From Capsulimonadales bacterium (lineage in GTDB: Bacteria > Armatimonadota > Armatimonadia > Armatimonadales > Armatimonadaceae): a stretch of DNA of 20,558 bases. Made by a program: the position numbers and the translations under genes. Below the pieces are notes generated by a model that ran no database searches, had not been told where the DNA came from, and worked only from the letters and a program-made list of their open reading frames with translations. This document shows positions 7,920-14,999 of the stretch, piece after piece; within the stretch, counting starts at the first letter, position 1, and each line of letters starts with the position of its first letter. The stretch covers positions 1-20,558 of the forward strand of contig JANRLW010000031.1 in assembly GCA_033762295.1 (NCBI GenBank). Direction: 5' to 3'.

Positions 7920-9941
7920 ATGCTACTTACACTTCTTCCGGCGCTGTGGTGCGTTACCGGAACTCTGTCCGCTCCGCCTTCCCCCACCGGCGCGGGAACC
8001 TATGCCGCCCTGGAAACGTCGTTCGAACTGCCCGGACTGACAGGCAACCCGTTCGACGCGACCGAAAACGATATCCGGGCGACCTTCGCCGCGCCGGGCG
8101 GCCGATCGGTGACGACACTGGCGTTCTTCGACGGCGGTTCCACCTGGCGTGTTCGATACACCCCGACGGCGGCCGGAACCTACGAACTCCGTTCGATCAC
8201 CCGAAACGGCCGACCCTTCCCGTTTTCCTCGCAGTCCGCGAAACGTTTCGTGGTGCAGGGCAAACCGACTCCCGGATTTATCCGGGTCGACCCCAAACAC
8301 CCGACGCGCCTCGCGTTCGAGAACGGCGCGCCCTACTATCCCATCGGGCATAACGTCGCCTGGAAAAGCGGCGATACCCCGGACGTCGCCGAGATCTTCG
8401 ACCGGATGGGCCAGGTGTCCGAAAACTGGTCTCGTGTTTGGATGAATCACTGGGATAACAAGAACCTCGACTGGACGACGGACGAGAAAGTGCCTCCCGG
8501 TCAACTCAGTCTGAAGGTTGCCCGTCGCTGGGACGAAATCGTGCGTTCCGCCGAACGCAACGGTATCCATTTTCAGATGACGCTTCAACACCACGGACAA
8601 TACTCGACCACCGTCAACTCCAACTGGGACGAGAACCCCTGGAATCGGAAAAACGGTGGCTTCCTGGATAAGCCGGAGGAGTTCTTTACCGGCGAGGAAG
8701 CGAGACGACGGACACGCAACAAGTATCGCTACATCGTCGCTCGCTGGGGCTATTCGCCGCACGTCCTCGCCTGGGAACTGTTCAACGAGGTTCAGTTCAC
8801 CGACGCGGTTCGCAACGGTCAGGTCGCCGCGGTCGCCGCCTGGCATCGGGAGATGGCGAACCACCTGCGCGGTCTCGATATCTATCGTCACCCGGTCATC
8901 ACCTCGTCGGATACCGGTCTCGCCGGCGTCTACGAGGCCATGGACTACCTGCAGCCTCATGCCTACCCTCCGGACGTCGCCGAAGCGGCTCTTTCCCTGC
9001 GGCCCGACGAATGGAAAAAGCCGATCTTCTTTGGCGAGATCGGACCGGGCGGCGACCTGAACGCGGACACGGGGCAGGCGCTGCACGATCTCCTCTGGGC
9101 GAGCGTCGTCAGCGAATCGAGCGGCGCGGCGCAGTACTGGACCTGGGACAACCTCCATCGTCGCGACCTGTACGCCCGTTTTACGCCGGTGATCGCGTTC
9201 GTGAAAGCCGCCGGGATCGCGGAAACGCCGGACATGAAAACCGTTCGCGCCGACGTGCGGACACCGGGATCGTTCGGAACCCTCCACGTTTCCCCCGGCG
9301 CAGGCTGGAGCGCGACGGAGGTCACCCGCTTCCCGATCCTCGCGGACGGCACGGTGCGGGACGCCGGTCGCATGCCGGAATACTTCCAGGGCAAAGCCCA
9401 CGCGGCGATGTTCCCCTTTGCCGAGTTTCCGGTGACGCTGGAGCGGGAAGCCGTCTTCACCCTGCGGATCAACGAGTCGGCGAAGTCCGGAGCGCACGTG
9501 CTCATCCGGCGAAACGGCGCGGTCGTGGCCGAACGGGATTTCCCTGCCGCCGAAGGGAATACGCGCCAATCGACCGAAATTTCGGTGACGCTTCCGCCCG
9601 GCGAGCAGGTGATCCGGCTGGAGAACACCGGGGCCGACTGGGTCAAAATAGGCGGGATTTCCCTTACTCCGTACGGTCCCACGCTTCGTGTCGCCGGAAA
9701 GTCGAACGGTTCACACGGCGTCCTCCGGGTTCGGAACGGTCGCCCGGATGGCCCCGGTCAGGGGAGGATCACGATCCCTGAAATGTCTCCCGGTCGTTAC
9801 GCCGTCACCTGGTGGGATACGACGTCCGGAAAACCCGTCTCCCGATCCGAAGGTAACGTTACCGCCGATCGACGATTGCTACTGACGACTCCCTCGATCG
9901 ACCGGGATATCGCCGTCCTCTTTCGCAAATCGGACAGATAA
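7920..9941 (+). CDS. secreted DUF5060-like domain plus GH5-like glycoside hydrolase with C-terminal beta-sandwich domains
   Basis: Signal peptide. GNPFD...ATFAAPGG...FFDGGSTWRVRYTP is DUF5060-like. YIVARWGYSPHVLAWELFNEV (candidate acid/base) and KPIFFGEIG (candidate nucleophile). Confidence 0.75.
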   Translation: MLLTLLPALWCVTGTLSAPPSPTGAGTYAALETSFELPGLTGNPFDATENDIRATFAAPGGRSVTTLAFFDGGSTWRVRYTPTAAGTYELRSITRNGRPFPFSSQSAKRFVVQGKPTPGFIRVDPKHPTRLAFENGAPYYPIGHNVAWKSGDTPDVAEIFDRMGQVSENWSRVWMNHWDNKNLDWTTDEKVPPGQLSLKVARRWDEIVRSAERNGIHFQMTLQHHGQYSTTVNSNWDENPWNRKNGGFLDKPEEFFTGEEARRRTRNKYRYIVARWGYSPHVLAWELFNEVQFTDAVRNGQVAAVAAWHREMANHLRGLDIYRHPVITSSDTGLAGVYEAMDYLQPHAYPPDVAEAALSLRPDEWKKPIFFGEIGPGGDLNADTGQALHDLLWASVVSESSGAAQYWTWDNLHRRDLYARFTPVIAFVKAAGIAETPDMKTVRADVRTPGSFGTLHVSPGAGWSATEVTRFPILADGTVRDAGRMPEYFQGKAHAAMFPFAEFPVTLEREAVFTLRINESAKSGAHVLIRRNGAVVAERDFPAAEGNTRQSTEISVTLPPGEQVIRLENTGADWVKIGGISLTPYGPTLRVAGKSNGSHGVLRVRNGRPDGPGQGRITIPEMSPGRYAVTWWDTTSGKPVSRSEGNVTADRRLLLTTPSIDRDIAVLFRKSDR

Positions 9942-9965
9942 ATACCAGGCCGGATCAAATTCGGA

Positions 9966-11126
9966 TTAATCCAGCCCGAACGCCTGACGCAGGTAGGCCA
10001 GATAGACCGGGTTCTCCGAGAGCGTCTTTCCCGGCGCGTCGCTGATCTTGACCACCGGACGCCCGTTGCAGCGAGCGATCTTGATCACGATGGACAGTGC
10101 GGGGAACCCGAGATCGTTGGTCAGGTTGGTGCCGATCCCGAACATCGTGCGGATACGGCCCTCGAACCGTTCGGCGAGGCGGATACAGAGCGGGATATCC
10201 AGACTGTCCGAGAAGACCGCCGTCCTGGTTCGGGGATCGATTCCGAGCCGTTCGTAGTGGGCGATCAATTTTTCGCCCCACGCAAACGGGTCGCCCGAAT
10301 CGTGACGGGCGCCGTCGTATGCCCGGGCGAAGAGCAGGTCGAAGTCGCGCAGGAAGGCGTCCATCGTGATGACGTCCGAGAGAGCGATGCCGAGATCCCC
10401 CCGGTACTCCTGCATCCAGGCTTCCAGAGCGAACTTCTGAGAGTCGGCGGGATGGGTGTACGCCTGTCCGGCCTGCAGCCATTCATGCGCCATCGTCCCG
10501 AACGGCTTCAGGTCGTACCGCATCGCCAGAGCGACGTTCGACGTGCCGATCAGGTGCCGCGCCGCCCGCGTTTTCAGCGTTTCCACCACCACGGTCTGCC
10601 ACTCCCGGCTGTAACGGCGGCGCGTCCCGAACTCGATGATCCGGAGCGGAACCGGCGATGCGTCCATCCGTTCGATCTTCCGTCGCAATCGGTCGCTTCC
10701 CTCATCGGAACGGCGAAACGCGTCCGGCCGGGTATTGCGGAAATAGACCTCGTTGATGATCGCCAGCACCGGCACCTCGAACAGGATGGTCTGAAACCAG
10801 TTGCCGATGATCCGCAGCGAGAAACCGTTGTCGGTGGAAATGTGCACGTTCTCCGGTTCGAGCGTGAAATCGCGCAGGGCTTCTATGTACCCCGGTTTGA
10901 AGAACCGAACCCCCATCAGGAAGGCCAGTTCCTCCCGTGTCAGGCGCAGATTCCCCAGGTCGGCGATTTCGGCGCGGATTTCATCCGCATACGGGGTCAG
11001 ATCGACGCCGTCGTTGCGAAGACGGAAAACATACTCCGCCTCGGCGCGCGGGAACTGCCCCCAGACGGCCTGCTGCATGGTCAACTTGTACAGGTCCGTG
11101 TCCAGCAATGAGGAAATAATGCCCAT
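9966..11126 (-). CDS. pncB: nicotinate phosphoribosyltransferase
   Basis: LLDTDLYKLTM, EFGTRRR, GTSN, GTMAHEW (phospho-His), RHDSGDP, FSDSL, FGIGTNLTND, KISDAPGK. Likely start is ATG 11126, just after the pncA stop. Confidence 0.96.
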   Translation of the reverse strand: MGIISSLLDTDLYKLTMQQAVWGQFPRAEAEYVFRLRNDGVDLTPYADEIRAEIADLGNLRLTREELAFLMGVRFFKPGYIEALRDFTLEPENVHISTDNGFSLRIIGNWFQTILFEVPVLAIINEVYFRNTRPDAFRRSDEGSDRLRRKIERMDASPVPLRIIEFGTRRRYSREWQTVVVETLKTRAARHLIGTSNVALAMRYDLKPFGTMAHEWLQAGQAYTHPADSQKFALEAWMQEYRGDLGIALSDVITMDAFLRDFDLLFARAYDGARHDSGDPFAWGEKLIAHYERLGIDPRTRTAVFSDSLDIPLCIRLAERFEGRIRTMFGIGTNLTNDLGFPALSIVIKIARCNGRPVVKISDAPGKTLSENPVYLAYLRQAFGLD

Positions 11127-11128
11127 AG

Positions 11129-11953
11129 TTACTCGATCCACTCCCTCGCGAACGCGTCGGCCGTCATCGTGCGCATGCCGCGTCCGGTCATTTCGTCAAT
11201 AAACGTCTCCTGCAACGTTTCGAATCCCCCGACCGGCGAGATCGTATCGGTCAGCAGGACCAGTTTGCTGAGGGTACGGTCGTCTCCGGTCTCCTGTTTC
11301 AGAAATCCGGCAAGATCACGAACCGTGTTGGCGACGCAGTGGCTCCCGGCCTCACCGGCCACAAAAACGATATCGGCGTTTCGCAGCGAATCGATCAGGG
11401 CGCGGTTCGGCGCGGTCGTCGGATCGTCGGGATCGGGAACATCGGCGGCCAGCGCGCTATAGTGCTCGGTGCGGAGGTTCCGTCCCTTGAGGACGTAATC
11501 GACGGGGCGCATCCGCTTCTCCTCCCAGGCGGCCAGCGCATCGGCCAGCGGGGGGAAAACGGCGTGTCCGGTGGTTCCGATCAGACAGTGGTACGGCCAG
11601 ATGCAGAGCGGATACCGTCCGTTCCGCGCGAGTGCGGCGACATATGCCTCGCTACGCGTTCGCTCGGCGGGGTCGACCGCGCGCCAGTGTCCTTCGGCGA
11701 CGTCGTCCGCCGTAATGATCGTGAACGGCGACGGTCGGTTGCCCCGTGCATCCTCCCACCAGAGCGGATGGGCGATGTGGAGCGGGTGGTGCGTATCCAG
11801 TGTCACATGCATCCCGTCGATCCTCGCTCCGATCGTCCGCAGCATCGCGGCGAGCCGGTCCATATCCTTCTCCGCGCCCGGCACATAGAGTGTCCCGGCG
11901 ACCGGATCACAGAAATCCCGCTGCGGATCGATGATCAGTCCCTGAATATTCAT
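11129..11953 (-). CDS. pncA: nicotinamidase (isochorismatase-like cysteine hydrolase, long form)
   Basis: IIDPQRDF, TLDTH, IWPYHC, LKG, GEAGSHCV supply the catalytic Asp/Lys/Cys and metal ligands. Directly upstream of pncB. GGGAGG RBS. Confidence 0.88.
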   Translation of the reverse strand: MNIQGLIIDPQRDFCDPVAGTLYVPGAEKDMDRLAAMLRTIGARIDGMHVTLDTHHPLHIAHPLWWEDARGNRPSPFTIITADDVAEGHWRAVDPAERTRSEAYVAALARNGRYPLCIWPYHCLIGTTGHAVFPPLADALAAWEEKRMRPVDYVLKGRNLRTEHYSALAADVPDPDDPTTAPNRALIDSLRNADIVFVAGEAGSHCVANTVRDLAGFLKQETGDDRTLSKLVLLTDTISPVGGFETLQETFIDEMTGRGMRTMTADAFAREWIE

Positions 11954-11967
11954 GTTCGATCCCTCCC

Positions 11968-11996
11968 ATATTTAGTGTATTACAAACACTAAATAT
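11968..11996. promoter_or_regulatory. NrtR-type operator upstream of pncA-pncB
   Basis: Perfect palindrome ATATTTAGTGT-attacaa-ACACTAAATAT with a GT-N7-AC core, abutting the pncA RBS. Confidence 0.8.
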
Positions 11997-12274
11997 TCGC
12001 CAGTGGGATTTCCCACAGACCGTGCTTTTCTACAATTCTCCGGGGTTTCCTACCGTATCCCGTTTTGCATCAATTGAAGCGAACCGAGTTCGGTTGACCG
12101 CTTTCAAAATCGCGTTCCTACACGCCGAGGAGCAACGAGCGTGTTTCTTGGCAGGGTTTGGCACCCCTTTCAAGAAAGAAATTCGACTGCCCGACCTTGA
12201 AAAACGGAATAAGGTGTAGTCTTAAAATACCCTCGTTCGAGACCCGATCATGGAATTGTCCGCATTGTCACGGC

Positions 12275-12305
12275 AAAAAAAACCGGTAGAGGATTCTACC
12301 GGTTT
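12275..12305 (-). terminator. rho-independent terminator of the two-gene islet
   Basis: Minus strand reads AAACCGGTAGA-atcc-TCTACCGG followed by T8, about 20 nt after the stop at 12325. Confidence 0.85.
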
Positions 12306-12324
12306 CTGAACTTCAATCATGCAA

Positions 12325-12897
12325 CTATCCCCTGGAGGGCTTCCAGGCGAGGGGCAGATTCTCCTTATAATTTTTCGTGTCGGGAAAGACAATTCCGCGC
12401 CCTCCCAGAGCATTCGAACCGAGTCGAACTTTATCGATCGGCACCTTCACGACGCGGCCATCACGAAAACCGACAATATAGAAACCTTCCGGGTTGCAAA
12501 CGGTTCTGTCGCCAGCGAAATGAGCGATATTTCTACGGACATAGATATCCGTATAAACGGCAACCTCCGGTATGTTGGGATCAGTCGACGGAACAAAACG
12601 GTAGGACATCGTATTGGCTTCCCTCATTACAGGATCCTCGGCCAAGGCGCTGTCAGGCAATTTTGCCAACTCCCGTGGTACTTTGACATAATCCCATTGA
12701 ACGGCTTTCAGAGCGGCGACTAACCGCTCCGTTTGTCGTACGGCCTTTTCGGGGTCTCCAACGACCAGCGGATTCGGAGTATCTTTTCCGGTTTCCAGAA
12801 TCGGTTGTGACCGGCGAAAAGCGACCCAAACCACTGCGGTACAGAGCATTATTGCCATAGCAATACCGCTCCATTTCAAAAATCGGTTTCGCTCCAT
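12325..12897 (-). CDS. hypothetical membrane-anchored protein with C-terminal FYIVGFRDGRV (H-X9-DG-like) motif
   Basis: 190 aa. One N-terminal hydrophobic helix (WSGIAMAIMLCTAVVWVAF). Strong RBS GGGAGG 7 nt before ATG. Followed by a terminator. Confidence 0.8.
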   Translation of the reverse strand: MERNRFLKWSGIAMAIMLCTAVVWVAFRRSQPILETGKDTPNPLVVGDPEKAVRQTERLVAALKAVQWDYVKVPRELAKLPDSALAEDPVMREANTMSYRFVPSTDPNIPEVAVYTDIYVRRNIAHFAGDRTVCNPEGFYIVGFRDGRVVKVPIDKVRLGSNALGGRGIVFPDTKNYKENLPLAWKPSRG

Positions 12898-12918
12898 GCC
12901 TTTTCCTCCCGGTTCGTT

Positions 12919-13293
12919 TCAGGGTGTACAAACCTGAAGCGGGGTTATAGGAACCCCGGCGGGCCAAAAGTGAAGGGTACATGAGCCAACAGGATAGTTG
13001 TTACTGTAAACTCTAAAAACCCTATAAGGAACGTTCGCACAGTGCCATATCTTGTTGCCATCGAAATCAGCACAGCACTTCGCAACACCGTCATCGACTA
13101 AATATCGCGTTCCGCTGGGACAGGATTTGTCATAACACCGCGAACACGGATTATTGGCGCAGTAAGACACATTGCCCCAAACGAATCGTTGTCCCGTTGG
13201 CAGCGATCATTCCCCGCCCACAAAACCGGCCAATACGCTTGCGCCTACGATTGCCGTTCGCACGAACTTAACCAATCGACGAGACGATACCAT
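12919..13293 (-). pseudogene. secreted cysteine-rich small protein with in-frame TGA at codon 29 (pseudogene, recoding or sequence error)
   Basis: GGAGGT RBS, then ATG 13293: MVSSRRLVKFVRTAIVGASVLAGFVGGE*SLPTGQRFVWGNVSYCANNPCSRC...QVCTP. The TGA at 13209-13207 is in frame with the 83-aa Cys-rich ORF 12919..13170. Confidence 0.6.
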
Positions 13294-13336
13294 AATTACA
13301 CTCTACCTCCATTTGGAATTTCACTCCTGCGGGAAA

Positions 13337-13365
13337 ATGGTACCGTTTTTTTTCATTCGAAGCAA
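13337..13365 (-). promoter_or_regulatory. putative sigma70 promoter of the islet operon
   Basis: Minus strand TTGCTT (13365-13360), N17, TACCAT (13342-13337), about 45 nt upstream of ATG 13293. Confidence 0.55.
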
Positions 13366-13459
13366 GCAGACGATTTTGAACCAATTTTGGCATCAACAGA
13401 AATGCTTATTGACACTGTTTTGCGAGGATATCCTTCCTCACTTCCCTAAAGCTATGGGT

Positions 13460-14917
13460 CTATTCGTAGCGGGTGAGAGGGAGGCTACTCTGGCCCATGA
13501 GGAACTTATCGACGCCGTGGGCGACTTCCCGGCCTTCGGCGATGGCCCAGACGATCAGGGATTGGCCCCGACGGGCGTCCCCGGCGACGAAAACGCCCGG
13601 GATCGTGGTCATATAGTCGTCGTTCGCCCGGACGTTGCCTCGCCGGTCGAACTCGACGCCCAGATCGGTCAGCAGACCGGGTCGATGCGGCCCGGTATAA
13701 CCGATCGCGATCAGGATCAGATCGGCCGGGTAGATCGCTTCGCTCCCCGATACGGGGACGATGGCGCGGTCGCCTCCCGCTCCCCGTTCGATCCGTTCGA
13801 CCCGTACGGCATGCAATGCGCGGACGTTGCCCTGCTCGTCCCCTTCCAGATGCGTGGTATGAATACCCCATTCCCGCGCCCCGCCCTCCTCGTGCGCCGG
13901 GCCGGTCTTCAGGATCATCGCCGGTTCCGGCCACCAGGGGTTGAGTTCCGGCTTGTCTCTCGACGGCTCGGGATGGATCTGGAACTGGGTCACCGAGGCG
14001 GCGCCCTGGCGCAGTGCGGTCCCGAAGCAGTCCGCGCCGGTATCCCCGCCGCCGACGATCAGGACATGTTTGTCTTCCGCCAGAATCGCTTCTTCCTCGA
14101 CCGGCAGGCCGGCGACCCGCCGGTTCTGCTGGGTCAGATAGTCCATCGCGTAATGAATGCCGTTCAGTTCCCGTCCCGGAACGTTGAGATCCCGTGGAGC
14201 GATCGCGCCCGTGCAGAGAACGACGGCGTCGAACGAGGCGCGTAACTCATCGGCGGTGATATCTTTTCCGACCTGTACCCCGCTCCGGAAGCGAACCCCC
14301 TCCTCCGCCATCTGCTCGAGGCGACGATCGAGCAGGAACTTATCCATTTTGAAGTCGGGAATCCCGTAGCGGATCAGGCCGCCGATCCGATCGTCCTTTT
14401 CAAAAACGGTGACCGTGTGGCCCACCCGGTTCAACTGCTGGGCCGCGGCCAGACCCGCCGGACCGCTACCGACGATGGCGACCGTCTTCCCGGTCCGCTC
14501 GGCGGGCGGTTCCGCCTGCACCCAGCCCATCTCCCAGGCTTTCTCGATGATGCTGACCTCAACCTGTTTGATCGTGACCGGGTCGTCATTGATATTGAGG
14601 ACGCAGGCCTCCTCACAGGGTGCGGGGCAGAGTTTGCCGGTGAACTCGGGGAAATTATTGGTGGCGTGCAACTGGACGATCGCCTCACGCCACCGGTTCC
14701 GGTACACCAGGTCGTTCCAATCCGGAATCAGATTGCCGAGGGGACAGCCATTATGACAGAACGGCACGCCGCAGTCCATGCATCGGGATGCCTGGGTCCG
14801 CAGTTTGTCGTCCGCCATCGGCAGATAGACCTCGCGGAAATCGTGAACTCGTTCCGCGATCGGTCGCTTTTTGGCGGTCTCCCGCCCGATCGTGATAAAT
14901 GCCTTGCTATCGCCCAT
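13460..14917 (-). CDS. gltD: glutamate synthase small (beta) subunit
   Basis: [73 protein letters not shown]. Confidence 0.97.
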   Translation of the reverse strand: MGDSKAFITIGRETAKKRPIAERVHDFREVYLPMADDKLRTQASRCMDCGVPFCHNGCPLGNLIPDWNDLVYRNRWREAIVQLHATNNFPEFTGKLCPAPCEEACVLNINDDPVTIKQVEVSIIEKAWEMGWVQAEPPAERTGKTVAIVGSGPAGLAAAQQLNRVGHTVTVFEKDDRIGGLIRYGIPDFKMDKFLLDRRLEQMAEEGVRFRSGVQVGKDITADELRASFDAVVLCTGAIAPRDLNVPGRELNGIHYAMDYLTQQNRRVAGLPVEEEAILAEDKHVLIVGGGDTGADCFGTALRQGAASVTQFQIHPEPSRDKPELNPWWPEPAMILKTGPAHEEGGAREWGIHTTHLEGDEQGNVRALHAVRVERIERGAGGDRAIVPVSGSEAIYPADLILIAIGYTGPHRPGLLTDLGVEFDRRGNVRANDDYMTTIPGVFVAGDARRGQSLIVWAIAEGREVAHGVDKFLMGQSSLPLTRYE

Positions 14918-14929
14918 AACTCTCTTACG

Positions 14930-14971
14930 GTCTCGCCACGGGAGGTATTCTCAAACGCCTCCCGACGAGAC
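14930..14971 (-). other. stem-loop between the peptidase gene and gltD
   Basis: Nested inverted repeats GTCTCG (14930-14935)/CGAGAC (14966-14971) and CGGGAGG (14939-14945)/CCTCCCG (14958-14964). Confidence 0.5.
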
Positions 14972-14999
14972 GGAACTACTTTATATCACATCCGCCCGG

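Noticed and set aside
9966..11953. pncA-pncB as a phage-type NAD reconstitution or defence-associated module
   Set aside because: The context is housekeeping, with a host-type NrtR operator and no phage or defence genes. It is best read as ordinary Preiss-Handler salvage.
12022..12219. 65-aa plus-strand ORF in the pncA upstream gap
   Set aside because: No RBS and no recognisable motif. It cannot be supported as a gene.
13207..13209. Genome-wide UGA reassignment (code 4 or 25) as the explanation for the in-frame TGA
   Set aside because: TGA serves as the normal stop for several conserved genes in this window (mreD, fdx, YbhB, prolyl oligopeptidase, gltB).
11960..13460. Islet as an IS, prophage or integrative element
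   Set aside because: No transposase, integrase, tRNA target, terminal inverted repeats or target-site duplication was found by eye.
13172..14245. 357-aa plus-strand ORF
   Set aside because: Mostly antisense to gltD, and it crosses the islet promoter and RBS.
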